IMG/VR virus record: IMGVR_UViG_2541047961_000008
Strand: one strand, 5' to 3'
Length of the DNA stretch: 38,571 bases
Source: a virus
Lineage: Duplodnaviria; Heunggongvirae; Uroviricota; Caudoviricetes
Position numbers and translations under genes: made by a program. The notes beneath the pieces are model-generated. The model searched no databases and had not been told where the DNA came from. It was given only the letters and a program-made list of their open reading frames with translations. Below are positions 1 through 8,966 of the stretch, piece by piece. How positions within the stretch are numbered: position 1 is the stretch's first letter; the number at the start of each line of letters is the position of its first letter.

Positions 1-1020
1 TTAATCCCCCGTGGACACTGCGTGGACACTTACGCCACCTTTCAGCGGATTAAGGGCCACCGCATCCTGCAGGTAATCCGGTGCAAAATGCGCATATGCC
101 ATTGTTTGCTGAATAGTTGCGTGACCAAGAATCTTCTGAAGCGCAATAATGTTTCCTCCGTTCATCACAAAATGGCTGGCGAACGTATGCCGCAGCACAT
201 GTGCAGCCTGGCCTTTTGGTAAATCGGGCTTAACTCTTTTCAGCGCTAGGCAGAATTCCCGGTACTTCACCTCAAACAAGCCGCCTGTTTCTCTGGTTTT
301 GATCGCCTCACAAACTGCCTGCGAAATTGGCACTGTTCTCTTCCGGCCATTTTTGGTTTCAAGAAACGTTACACGGTTATGAACTATCTGTTCACCACGA
401 AGCTTACAAGCTTCACTCCAGCGCGCCCCTGTGCTTAAACACAAAAGCGCAACACGCCAGTAGTCGCCCTCCAGTGTATCGAGCAATAGCGCCACTTCCT
501 TCTGTGATAGGAACGCCATTTCTCGTGGAGATACATAAAGAATAGAAATTCCCCTTACTGGATGTTCTGCATCCCAAAGACCTATTTTTTTCAGCACGGT
601 AAACATTCCGGATAACCGATTCATGTACCTGTTAGCAGATGACGGTTTCAATCCTTCAGCTATCTTTTGAGAACGCCACGCGATAATTTTCAGCTTATCA
701 AGATCCACAGCCTGCATATCAGCGCCAAGCTCATTGATTATGTTGCGCAGTTGTTTTCGGTCTTCTTCCGCCTTACGCCTGTGCTGGCCGTGATACATCC
801 ACCACAACTCAAGCAAATCATTTAGCGTTCGACGATCACGGTAGCCCTGTATATATTCCCGCTTTTCAGCGTTCGCCATGATGTAGCGTTCAGTGGCCAC
901 CGCTACCGATTTTTTGTCAAATACCTTACGCACGCGCTTTCCCTTGCGTCCGTTCGGCCTGATGTCCAGCAAATAACGACCATCTTCGAGCTTCTTAATC
1001 GACATTACGAAGCCCTCCAA
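1..1020 (-). CDS. int: Tyrosine recombinase, P2-type prophage integrase
   Basis: 339-aa ORF ending exactly at window start; C-terminal catalytic region (ARWSE...HVLRHTFAS...MAYAHF) typical of tyrosine integrases; sits next to a P2 C-type repressor as in P2. Start may be the downstream Met (MSIKK). Confidence 0.9.
   Translation of the reverse strand: MEGFVMSIKKLEDGRYLLDIRPNGRKGKRVRKVFDKKSVAVATERYIMANAEKREYIQGYRDRRTLNDLLELWWMYHGQHRRKAEEDRKQLRNIINELGADMQAVDLDKLKIIAWRSQKIAEGLKPSSANRYMNRLSGMFTVLKKIGLWDAEHPVRGISILYVSPREMAFLSQKEVALLLDTLEGDYWRVALLCLSTGARWSEACKLRGEQIVHNRVTFLETKNGRKRTVPISQAVCEAIKTRETGGLFEVKYREFCLALKRVKPDLPKGQAAHVLRHTFASHFVMNGGNIIALQKILGHATIQQTMAYAHFAPDYLQDAVALNPLKGGVSVHAVSTGD
11..34. 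repeat. Tandem GTGGACAC-type half-repeats, candidate Int arm-type / att-associated site (left end)
   Basis: gtggacactgcgtggacacttacg; an imperfect copy (gtggtcactacgtggacatacg) occurs at 37391-37412 near the other prophage end. Confidence 0.35.
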
Positions 1021-1101
1021 TGAACCGCTCTACAATTTCTCCAGCCTCTTTCCAGCAATAATCAGACCAGACAAAAAGCAGGTCTAACCAGTTTTCTGGC
1101 C

Positions 1102-1422
1102 TCAGCGGGGTAATTTTTGTTTTGTTTCGGTTGAATCCTGATCTCCCTCCGAATCGAAGAAGCCATCAAGAGAGAGAGGCGGAGCAATCTGCCCCGTCGC
1201 AGCATTAGTTTGATTAAACATCACCCAATCCGAATACTTCCGAAAACGAGGATGATTCAAAATCAGGAGTAACGTTTCTCCAGGTATCATTCTTCCCAAT
1301 ATTTCATAATTTTTGAGATTGTTTTGAGATACCCCTGTCACCTCTTCCATCTCTCTACGTGACAATCCCTCTGCCTCTCGAATCAGGCGAAGTTTTTCTC
1401 CAAGGCTTGATTTATGGATCAT
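1102..1422 (-). CDS. Immunity repressor, P2 C-type (HTH)
   Basis: HTH segment (LSRREMEEVTGVSQNNLKNYE) and C-terminal region (KYSDWVMFNQ...GQIAPPL) resemble my recollection of P2 C; divergent from the cox-like gene. Start taken at Met 7 of the 1102-1440 ORF; 1440 is the alternative. Confidence 0.8.
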   Translation of the reverse strand: MIHKSSLGEKLRLIREAEGLSRREMEEVTGVSQNNLKNYEILGRMIPGETLLLILNHPRFRKYSDWVMFNQTNAATGQIAPPLSLDGFFDSEGDQDSTETKQKLPR

Positions 1423-1440
1423 ATGTGATCTAAACTCCAC

Positions 1441-1537
1441 GATATTGGGTTACATGTAATACAAAACATTCAAATAGCCAAAATAAGCCTATATAAGCCA
1501 TTTTGGGCCATTTGGACGAATTAAGGAGATTACCACA
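1441..1537. promoter_or_regulatory. Divergent early promoter/operator region between repressor and cox (Pc/Pe analogue)
   Basis: AT-rich 97-bp intergenic region between divergent C and cox genes; repeated half-sites GCCAAAAT ... ATTTTGGGC around a TATATAA element. Exact promoter elements not resolved. Confidence 0.5.
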
Positions 1538-1825
1538 ATGAGCGAATCAGAGCTTGAGGGGTTCATTCAGGTAGCACCATATCCACTTGAAGCGGTGCCA
1601 TATCAACTATTTGCCAAGATGATTGGTCGCAAAGAATCAACCGTCAGAACCATGATTGACGCTGCAAAGTTACCAACGATTGACTTTGTGAAACCAGGTT
1701 CAGTGAAGACGCGAGCATCAGAAAACTGGGTATATCTGCCAGCATTTAACGCAGGTATGCGCAAAGCGTTTTTTGATCAGCCGAAAGAACGCCGCGACGC
1801 ATGGTTGCTCTGGCTGGGTCTTTGA
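1538..1825 (+). CDS. cox: Cox-like excision/regulatory protein
   Basis: 95 aa; PYQ.FAK.IG....VR.MID..KLP.ID ... WVYLPA.N ... WL.WLGL pattern matches my recollection of P2 Cox; first gene of the early rightward operon; RBS aaggag upstream. Confidence 0.75.
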   Translation: MSESELEGFIQVAPYPLEAVPYQLFAKMIGRKESTVRTMIDAAKLPTIDFVKPGSVKTRASENWVYLPAFNAGMRKAFFDQPKERRDAWLLWLGL

Positions 1826-1836
1826 CGAGGATTTTT

Positions 1837-2178
1837 ATGAGACAACAACGTAATTCACGCTTCCGCAACGGGGCGGAACGCCACGCTAACCGCTTCGCTA
1901 CCAGTGCATCACGTAGCAGCTCTCGCTACAGCCTGAGCGAAACGCACGCAACACCAGACGGACACGCTGTAAAACAAATCGGCGAGCATACCTGGCTGAT
2001 TGAGAAAGCTGGAATCGTGGTCCACAAATGCCCGCGCAATCCGTTTACCGGAAACCGCATTTTTGCTCTGAGCAGCGGCGACAATCAGTTCGGGCAGGAT
2101 TTCACATTATACGAAGCGCTTCGCACGGTTGATCGTCTGCTGCGTGGACAGAGTTTTATTAAACAGGCTGATTTATAA
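1837..2178 (+). CDS. Hypothetical early protein
   Basis: ATG at 1837 with GAGG RBS, in frame with ORF 1801-2178; position equivalent to the first early ORF after cox in P2-like phages. Confidence 0.5.
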   Translation: MRQQRNSRFRNGAERHANRFATSASRSSSRYSLSETHATPDGHAVKQIGEHTWLIEKAGIVVHKCPRNPFTGNRIFALSSGDNQFGQDFTLYEALRTVDRLLRGQSFIKQADL

Positions 2179-2188
2179 CAGGTGCTTT

Positions 2189-2476
2189 ATGACTAAAGAC
2201 CATACTCAAGGTGTATTTATCCGCTTTATTGATTTTCGCGGTGAACTGTTATTACGTGCATCCGCTATTGATGGAGTGGCTCCGGCGGGTAAAAACGGAG
2301 CCGCCGAAGCCACTTACGTTTATCTGAACGGCACGCGACTGATCGTGGAACTTCCGTACCAGACCGTACGCGAAATCATTAGCGAAGCTGAAAAGGCTCG
2401 TCAGGTTAATGGCGATAAACCCTATATCGAAATTATCTGTATGGATTCAGAAGCTGAAATCCAGAAGGCAGATTAA
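2189..2476 (+). CDS. Hypothetical early protein
   Basis: ATG at 2189 in frame with ORF 2129-2476; tightly packed in the early operon. Confidence 0.5.
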   Translation: MTKDHTQGVFIRFIDFRGELLLRASAIDGVAPAGKNGAAEATYVYLNGTRLIVELPYQTVREIISEAEKARQVNGDKPYIEIICMDSEAEIQKAD

Positions 2477-2486
2477 AGGGTGTGCG

Positions 2487-2729
2487 ATGGACAAAGAATA
2501 TAAAGCTCTTGTCAACAAAGCACTTGAGCGTTTTTATTTTCGCTTAAACACATCAGGGGCCCAGGCAGAACACGCAGCCCATGATTCATTAGCGAGGGCA
2601 ATCAGAAGCCTTTATGACGTGGCCTTTTACGCTGACGATTTGGATGCGATTAACGAACTTTCCGAACTCGTCTGCGCTGCAGAATGCGGGGATCGCATTG
2701 AACCATATAAACTGGGGAATATCGCATGA
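2487..2729 (+). CDS. Hypothetical early protein
   Basis: ATG at 2487 in frame with ORF 2409-2729. Confidence 0.5.
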   Translation: MDKEYKALVNKALERFYFRLNTSGAQAEHAAHDSLARAIRSLYDVAFYADDLDAINELSELVCAAECGDRIEPYKLGNIA

Positions 2730-2830
2730 GTATATTTATGTCATGGATTGTTCTGATTATTTCGGTGGCCTGCGCAATCGGGATTATGCGAATTATTCAT
2801 TCAGTGAAAAAGATTGAGCGTTTTTTCTGA
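2726..2830 (+). CDS. Candidate small hydrophobic peptide (34 aa, MSIFMSWIVLIISVACAIGIMRIIHSVKKIERFF)
   Basis: ATG overlaps the upstream stop (ATGA coupling); single predicted TM helix with a basic C-tail; not in the ORF track because under 60 aa. Confidence 0.3.
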   Translation: MSIFMSWIVLIISVACAIGIMRIIHSVKKIERFF

Positions 2831-2930
2831 CGAATAACAGCACAAATAAAACACCAGATTAAATAAGAAAACGTGAAAACCATCCGAATTAGCGGAGGCA
2901 TTCACACACGTAAATAATGGAGATAGAAAA

Positions 2931-3341
2931 ATGAACGCAAAAGAAAAAGGCATTGTAACTGCGCTAAAAAATATATCGAAGACCGCAAACAGAGCCATTC
3001 AGGATGCAACAAATGCAGGAATGATTGGGCCTGCCACCACAGCCATGATGATAGCAAGAGTAACCGCCGAAGCAGCCGAAATCATCGAAAAACAGGATGC
3101 TGAACTAACGGTTCTCAAAACACAACCAACCACCAGACTGAATTTATCTGACATTGGACACCTTATTCATATTATTGGCTCGGAGCTACAGCAATACATC
3201 ATTATCGCCGAATTGCAGGACAAATACCTGATTACCCCTTACCCCATAAGAGAGTCAGAAGTTCTGACAAATCTCCGCCTGATAGAACGCACTCAGGCCG
3301 CATTCATTGATGGTACGCAACGTGCCGTATTTAACGCATAG
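2931..3341 (+). CDS. Hypothetical early protein
   Basis: 136-aa ORF with RBS ggagatag upstream of the ATG. Confidence 0.55.
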   Translation: MNAKEKGIVTALKNISKTANRAIQDATNAGMIGPATTAMMIARVTAEAAEIIEKQDAELTVLKTQPTTRLNLSDIGHLIHIIGSELQQYIIIAELQDKYLITPYPIRESEVLTNLRLIERTQAAFIDGTQRAVFNA

Positions 3342-3364
3342 GGCTATTGGACAAAGAGAGCGTA

Positions 3365-3568
3365 ATGGCAATTAAGCATTTTCCCGTCGTTCGCTTTACC
3401 TCCAGAGGGCGCGAATACGAGGTCGACGAACGCCTGATTACCACTATCGACAAACACCGTTCAGAAAAAGATGCACATCACATCTATCTCACTGACGGCA
3501 CTTACTTCTGCGCCACGAATGTGGCGCGGGTGAACCTTATCCGACAGGTACAGGAGTCACGCAGATGA
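3365..3568 (+). CDS. Hypothetical early protein
   Basis: ATG at 3365 (MAIKHF...) with agagag RBS; the track ORF begins at a TTG at 3347. Confidence 0.5.
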   Translation: MAIKHFPVVRFTSRGREYEVDERLITTIDKHRSEKDAHHIYLTDGTYFCATNVARVNLIRQVQESRR

Positions 3569-3810
3569 CCATTCTGGACTACATCGCCGCCAATCCGGGT
3601 TGTAGCGGTGGAGAAATCGCCGCAGCACTGAATACCCCAACCACAGCCATTAATGCGGAGTTACGCCGACTCTGGCGCGACGGCTTAGTCATCAGAGAAG
3701 AACGCAAAACAGGCGGTCGGTTCTCTTACCAGGTAAACCCGATGCCGTTCGGGTGTGGCAACCCACTTACTCACATGTTTAACCAGCTACTGAAGGAAGC
3801 CAGAGCATGA
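3565..3810 (+). CDS. Putative winged-helix DNA-binding protein
   Basis: 81 aa; ILDYIAANPGCSGGEIAAALN...INAELRRLWRDGLVIRE reads as a winged-helix/MarR-like motif; ATGA overlap with the upstream gene. Confidence 0.55.
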   Translation: MTILDYIAANPGCSGGEIAAALNTPTTAINAELRRLWRDGLVIREERKTGGRFSYQVNPMPFGCGNPLTHMFNQLLKEARA

Positions 3811-4106
3811 GCACCATCAACCACCAGGAACTACGCGAACTGGCGACTGACCTGCAACGAATGGCAACGCATCAAAAATTACTGGCGTTTCGCGCAATGC
3901 TCTCGCCGTCTGCTGTGCTGGCACTGCTGGATGAGCTGGAGCACGCCAGAACCACACCTCTCGCCATTCGCCTGACGCTCCGTCATGAAATCGAGGATTT
4001 CTGCGCGACGTTGGAGGCGCCAGGCGAACCGGAAACGCCGGAAGCAATACAGCAAGAGCTGCTGCAACACATTGACAAGGTTTTTGATTTTTTTCTGAAC
4101 CACTAA
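3807..4106 (+). CDS. Hypothetical early protein
   Basis: 99-aa ORF translationally coupled (ATGA) to the upstream gene. Confidence 0.5.
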   Translation: MSTINHQELRELATDLQRMATHQKLLAFRAMLSPSAVLALLDELEHARTTPLAIRLTLRHEIEDFCATLEAPGEPETPEAIQQELLQHIDKVFDFFLNH

Positions 4107-4428
4107 GAAACCAGAACATGCACACACAAAAAAACCGCTTGCCATGCCGCAATCAGTCAGGTTACATTTCCGCTGCACCTCACAAAACGGGTGCCGGGTT
4201 TCGCAGCCTGCTGACTACACAAGCGCACAACCGCGCCAGCGGTTTTTTTGTGCGTACTGTATTGCCACGTTTTTTTCGCGTCAGAATTATGGCGGGGCGT
4301 ACGGGGCCGACTTCGGTCGGGCCGGGTTCTTGTGTAGCCGGTACTGCGAACCTCGTACGTCTCGCCACCCACAGTTTCGCAGCTCTGGATGGTGAGTTTT
4401 CACAACTTACTACACAAGGGGCCACACC
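4107..4428 (+). other. Structured non-coding segment in the early operon (candidate leader/attenuator RNA or sRNA)
   Basis: No convincing ORF; perfect 15-bp inverted repeat cacaaaaaaaccgct (4125-4139) / agcggtttttttgtg (4238-4252); ~76-nt element 4291-4366 closed by a 13-bp stem with an internal hairpin capped by a UUCG tetraloop (4307-4320). Confidence 0.35.
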
Positions 4429-4659
4429 ATGGCAAACCGCAAACCACACCGCGCTATCGCGGAGCGTCGTCACATCCAGACTGAAATCGACCGCAGACTC
4501 ACCCGCGCTGCACACATCGCCTTTATCATGCAATCCAACACATTGCACAGACTCAACAGCACTATTTCAGCCGACTACTGCGCCGCTGTATTCAGCTATC
4601 TGGCGGAAGACCTCCTGTCTCTTCAGGATCTCATCCAGCAGCAAAACAAACTCCATTAA
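4429..4659 (+). CDS. Hypothetical early protein (76 aa)
   Basis: ORF immediately downstream of the structured element; weak aagggg RBS. Confidence 0.5.
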   Translation: MANRKPHRAIAERRHIQTEIDRRLTRAAHIAFIMQSNTLHRLNSTISADYCAAVFSYLAEDLLSLQDLIQQQNKLH

Positions 4660-4731
4660 TTCCTGTTCCGGGCCTTTCCTGCACCTTGCGGCGGGAGGCC
4701 TTCGCACATCTGTAACAAGAGGATTGCCGCA

Positions 4732-5097
4732 ATGATTCTCGCCAACGACTTTCTTGAATACCTGCTCAACACAGAACGTGATCTTGCCGCTCGCGTGCGT
4801 GATCGTTATGACATGTACCTGAAATCCCTGCCTGTACCGCAGCTCGCTGACGGAAAGATTGTTATTGATGGCCGCTACATGATTGACAGCCATGAGGGAA
4901 ATTACAGGCTTTACCGCATTGAAGGTGGCACCCCGTCCGTTATTGGCATTTACCAGCGCCCATCCTCTGCGATCGTCGATGTGATTGCAGACAGCATCCG
5001 CATCACACATCGCCATGCCGACACAGAAGACACCGTGCTGGAAATTCAGCGGCTGGCTACAGTCTGCCGCGACACCCTGAATGGCATGACGAAGTAA
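4732..5097 (+). CDS. Hypothetical early protein (121 aa)
   Basis: Strong RBS aagagga before the ATG; immediately upstream of replicase A. Confidence 0.6.
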   Translation: MILANDFLEYLLNTERDLAARVRDRYDMYLKSLPVPQLADGKIVIDGRYMIDSHEGNYRLYRIEGGTPSVIGIYQRPSSAIVDVIADSIRITHRHADTEDTVLEIQRLATVCRDTLNGMTK

Positions 5098-5103
5098 ATC
5101 ACT

Positions 5104-7926
5104 ATGACGGCAGAGTACATCAGGGACTGGCAACAACCGCGCCACGCAGTGGGACGTGAAGGAACGGGGATCCCCGTTCCTGAATCCGCGCTTTCCTCCT
5201 GGCTGGATGCCTACCGGGCAGAGAACGAGCGCCGCCAGGAAATGGCTGATGCGGCGTTCTCCGCCACGCCGCTGGGCAACCTGATTAATAAAAGCCTGGA
5301 TGCACAGGAAAAACAGGACAAAACCATCACACTGGCAGGAGACGCCAGAAAACAGGTACGCGGTGCGGTGGATGAAGCCATGGCCTCGCTGCGCCTGCTG
5401 CCGTCCTATCTGCGCGATCCGCTTATTCGCCACCTCTCCTTCCTGCGCAAAAAACAGGAAGCCGATCGCCGGAAAGGCAAAAAGAGCTGGCAGGCTGAAC
5501 GCTACGCGCGCGGAACCCTGCGCAAAATATTCGAACGTCTGGACCGCACCGACCACCGCTGGCTGACACCGGGTTATCGCTCCCTTGCCGGACGCGAACG
5601 CCTGGATGATTTGCTTTACCTGCCGCAGCTCAACAAGCACCAGATACAGACGCTGGCCACCATGACGGCGGCGATGTTCAGCAGCACCTTCGAAAAACTC
5701 TGCGATGGCTTTGGCGCGACTGATGGCGAGCTGACCATGGATGTAACGCTGAAGGCGTATCAGATGCTGGCCCGCATGGCGTTACACCTGCACGCCATGC
5801 CTCCGCATTATGACGCACTGACAACAGACAAAGACCGGAGGAACGAACCGGACACGGAGCTGCTGCCGGGCGCAATCCTTCGCCTGACCTGTGCGGAATG
5901 GTGGAAACGCAAACTGTGGCTGTTACGTTGCGAGTGGCGGGAAGAACAACTCCGCGCCGCCTGTCTGGTTTCCAGAAAAACATCGCCCTATCTGAGCCAG
6001 GACGCGTTAAGCGAGTTTCGCGCACAGCGCGAGAAAACACGCGATTTCCTGAAAAGTTTCATGCTGGAAAACGAAGACGGGTTCACGATTGATCTCGAGA
6101 CGGTGTATTACGCGGGAGTAAGTAACCCGGTTCATCGTAAGGCAGAAATGATGGCCACCATGAAGGGGCTGGAACTTCTGGCCGAAGCCCGTGGCGACAA
6201 AGCGGTGTTTCTGACTGTCACCTGCCCGTCAAAATACCACGCCACAACAGAGAACGGTCATCCGAATCCCAAATGGAACGGGGCCACCATGCGCGACTCC
6301 AGCGATTACCTAGTTAACACGTTTTTTGCGGCGGTCCGCAAGAAACTGAACCGCGACGGTCTGCGCTGGTATGGCATCCGCACGGTGGAGCCTCACCATG
6401 ACGGCACGGTGCACTGGCATATGATGGTCTTTGCACATCCGGACGAGATTGAAACCATCGTGTCCCACGTCTGCGATATTGCCATTCAGGAAGACCGCCA
6501 CGAGCTGGGCGATGACATAACTCCGCGTTTTAAGGCGGAGTACGTCGACGGCTCAAAAGGCACGCCAACCAGCTACATCGCCACCTACATCGGAAAGAAC
6601 CTGGACAGCCGCGCCGTGGATGGTATCGACCCGAAAACGGGCAAGCCACGCGTTGACCACGAAACCGGAAAATCAATGGCCGAGAGCGTGGAGCGCGCCA
6701 TCGGCTGGGCGCGCCTTCACCGGGTCCGCCAGTTCCAGTTCTTTGGTATCCCCTCCCGTCAGGTATGGCGTGAACTCCGCCGCCTTGCCAGCCAGATGGC
6801 ACGCAACCCGGAAGGCCCGCAACGGCTGAAGGATGACGCAATGGATGCGGTACTCGCTGCCGCTGATGCAGGATGTTTTGCCACCTACATAGAGAAACAG
6901 GGCGGCGTACTTGTTCCACGCAAAGACTACCTGATTCGCACCGCCTACGACCTCGCCGATGAGCTGAACGATTACGGCGAACAGAGCGTACAGATTTACG
7001 GGATCTGGTCACCACTCATCGGGGAATCCTCCCGTGTGTGCACGCATCCGGATAACTGGAAGCTGGTAAGACGCAAACCGGAAGCGGAAGACAGCGCCCG
7101 CGAAAATGGTTTTGACCTTCAGGGCGGCCCTGCCGCCCCTTGGACTCGTGGCAATAACTGTCCCCGTGTACAGGAAACAGGCAACAGCGGGACAGAACAG
7201 TCGGAAGAACGGCCAGCACCGTGGCCGCAGCTTCCTGACGGCGTTGAAGTGAACGAATGGATGCGCTCACTGAAACGGCACGAACGCCGGGCGCTGATGC
7301 GTTCGCTTCGTGACAAACAGGCAAAAAACAGCAGTGATGAAATGCAGAGCTGGACACAGAGCCGCAAACAGCAGCGGCCTTTGCCTGATAACCACGAATT
7401 ACTCGCTAAAGAATGGCGGGAGTCTGCTGAATCTCTCGGCCTGCATATCGGTGAACAACAGATGCAGCACCTGTTACGGGGCGGCAGCCTGTACGTTGAC
7501 GGCAGCATCATTGCACCGCAGGGATATGAAATTGTACGTAAACCGGATACCCGCCCGGACAGCCGAATCACGCAGCTCTGGCAACGCCTGAGCCGTAACC
7601 ACGGCGTAAGCAGCACGGAGATCCGCCATAACCCGGTCGCCAGCTATCTGGAACAACTAGGGGCATCAGACCCTGAAGCCGCCGCACGCCTGGCATCCAC
7701 ACTTCAGCAAGACCAGAACACCATGAAAACACCCGTTACCGTACTTTCTGACATGCTGCGCGCCATCCGCGACGCAGAGCACGAACAGAGAATCAGTGAA
7801 ACAACTGAACGCGCCCGCCGCAAAGCAGACCTGCTGCGGGGTGGCCTGACCAGTGGAAACAAAAAACAGACAAAAACGGGATTCACAAATCCCGTAAATG
7901 AGCAAAAAACGTGCCGCGATATATGA
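5104..7926 (+). CDS. A: Rolling-circle replication initiator (P2 gpA-like HUH endonuclease), 940 aa with a long C-terminal extension
   Basis: HUH motif (TVHWHMMVFAH) and active-site tyrosine motif (SYIATYIGKN); follows the early operon as in P2/186; C-terminal ~250 aa is R/Q-rich. Confidence 0.85.
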   Translation: MTAEYIRDWQQPRHAVGREGTGIPVPESALSSWLDAYRAENERRQEMADAAFSATPLGNLINKSLDAQEKQDKTITLAGDARKQVRGAVDEAMASLRLLPSYLRDPLIRHLSFLRKKQEADRRKGKKSWQAERYARGTLRKIFERLDRTDHRWLTPGYRSLAGRERLDDLLYLPQLNKHQIQTLATMTAAMFSSTFEKLCDGFGATDGELTMDVTLKAYQMLARMALHLHAMPPHYDALTTDKDRRNEPDTELLPGAILRLTCAEWWKRKLWLLRCEWREEQLRAACLVSRKTSPYLSQDALSEFRAQREKTRDFLKSFMLENEDGFTIDLETVYYAGVSNPVHRKAEMMATMKGLELLAEARGDKAVFLTVTCPSKYHATTENGHPNPKWNGATMRDSSDYLVNTFFAAVRKKLNRDGLRWYGIRTVEPHHDGTVHWHMMVFAHPDEIETIVSHVCDIAIQEDRHELGDDITPRFKAEYVDGSKGTPTSYIATYIGKNLDSRAVDGIDPKTGKPRVDHETGKSMAESVERAIGWARLHRVRQFQFFGIPSRQVWRELRRLASQMARNPEGPQRLKDDAMDAVLAAADAGCFATYIEKQGGVLVPRKDYLIRTAYDLADELNDYGEQSVQIYGIWSPLIGESSRVCTHPDNWKLVRRKPEAEDSARENGFDLQGGPAAPWTRGNNCPRVQETGNSGTEQSEERPAPWPQLPDGVEVNEWMRSLKRHERRALMRSLRDKQAKNSSDEMQSWTQSRKQQRPLPDNHELLAKEWRESAESLGLHIGEQQMQHLLRGGSLYVDGSIIAPQGYEIVRKPDTRPDSRITQLWQRLSRNHGVSSTEIRHNPVASYLEQLGASDPEAAARLASTLQQDQNTMKTPVTVLSDMLRAIRDAEHEQRISETTERARRKADLLRGGLTSGNKKQTKTGFTNPVNEQKTCRDI

Positions 7927-7971
7927 AGCGCGCACAAAACAGGCGAAAACGGGATTTAAAAATCCTGTAAC
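7871..7971. promoter_or_regulatory. Two 28-bp direct repeats each containing a palindrome; candidate parC-like centromere/operator
   Basis: caaaaacgggattcacaaatcccgtaaa (7871-7898) and cgaaaacgggatttaaaaatcctgtaac (7944-7971), 73 bp apart; overlap the 3' end of A and lie just upstream of the ParM-like gene. Confidence 0.4.
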
Positions 7972-8002
7972 CGATTAATTAATCAACATAAGGAAAAGCG
8001 AC

Positions 8003-8962
8003 ATGAAAATTTGTATCGACGACGGCTCCACCAACATCAAGCTGGCATGGACTGAGAACGGCGAACGCCGCAACGCCATCAGCCCGAACAGCTTCAAGTC
8101 GGAATGGTCTGCGCCGTTCGGTGGCACGCAGCCCGCGAACTACATGCTTGATGACGTGCGCTATGGTTTTGATCCGGTCAGCGATCGCTTTGTCCAGACG
8201 ACCGACACGCAATACCAGTACAGCGATGTGAATGTCATTGCCATTCATCACGCGCTGGTCAAATCAGGCATCACGCCACAGGCGGTGGATGTGGTTGTCA
8301 CCCTGCCACTGAGCGAGTATTTCGACACAAACGCACAGCCGGACATGGCCAACATCAACCGCAAAAAAGCGAACGTTATGCGCCCGGTGGAGTACCAGAA
8401 CGGCGAGGCATTCACTATCCGTAACGCGCGGGTTATGCCTGAATCCATTCCGGCTGGCTTTAAAGCACTGGCTGACATGAGTCCGTTTGAATCCCTGCTG
8501 ATTGTGGATTTGGGCGGAACCACGCTGGATGTGGCAAAGGTTCAGGGGCAACTGGCAGGTATCAGCCAGGTGTTTTGCGATCCACACGTAGGCGTTTCTC
8601 TGATGGCCGATGCCGTGCTGTCGGTGATGGCCACCAACGGTATGCGCACCAGTCACCACATCGCCAATACCATTATCGAACATCGCCACGATGAAGCCTG
8701 GCTGCGCCAGCACATCCACAATGACGCGCATTACGCCAGCCTGATGGCAGTTATTCGTGAAAAGGAAGAAACACTGAAACAACGCGTGATCCGCGCGCTG
8801 GCGGGTTTTTCGGGTTACGGGCGGGTGATGGTTGTCGGTGGCGGGGCGGAGATTGTGGCACCCGCTATCCGCGAAGCCTGCGGAGTTAATGCGACTTTCA
8901 TCGCGGACGGGGTGCCACAGTTTGCTCTGGTTAATGGGCTGTACGCAATGGACAAGGAGTAA
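8003..8962 (+). CDS. parM: Actin-like segregation ATPase, ParM/StbA family
   Basis: 319 aa; N-terminus KICIDDGSTNIKLAW and internal motifs (YSDVNVIAIHHAL, VMPESIPAGF, LIVDLGGTTLD, VMVVGGGAE, LVNGLY) closely track my recollection of plasmid R1 ParM. Confidence 0.85.
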   Translation: MKICIDDGSTNIKLAWTENGERRNAISPNSFKSEWSAPFGGTQPANYMLDDVRYGFDPVSDRFVQTTDTQYQYSDVNVIAIHHALVKSGITPQAVDVVVTLPLSEYFDTNAQPDMANINRKKANVMRPVEYQNGEAFTIRNARVMPESIPAGFKALADMSPFESLLIVDLGGTTLDVAKVQGQLAGISQVFCDPHVGVSLMADAVLSVMATNGMRTSHHIANTIIEHRHDEAWLRQHIHNDAHYASLMAVIREKEETLKQRVIRALAGFSGYGRVMVVGGGAEIVAPAIREACGVNATFIADGVPQFALVNGLYAMDKE

Positions 8963-8966
8963 ACCA

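Noticed and set aside
4125-4252. Retron-like msr/msd interpretation of the 15-bp flanking inverted repeats
   Set aside because: No reverse transcriptase gene anywhere nearby; the repeat is better explained as a terminator/antiterminator-type structure.
4291-4366. tRNA-sized (76-nt) stem-closed element that might be a tRNA
   Set aside because: No T-loop (GTTCRA) consensus, no plausible cloverleaf with anticodon arm, no CCA-compatible 3' end; kept as generic structured RNA.
4118-4735. 205-aa and 83-aa plus-strand ORFs across the 4107-4428 region
   Set aside because: Low-complexity Ser/Thr/Arg-rich or Cys/Arg-rich translations, no RBS, and they overlap strong RNA secondary-structure elements; treated as non-coding.
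4567-5640. 357-aa minus-strand ORF antisense to the early genes and the 5' end of A
   Set aside because: Shadow ORF in a GC-rich region, fully overlapped by well-supported plus-strand genes; no RBS.
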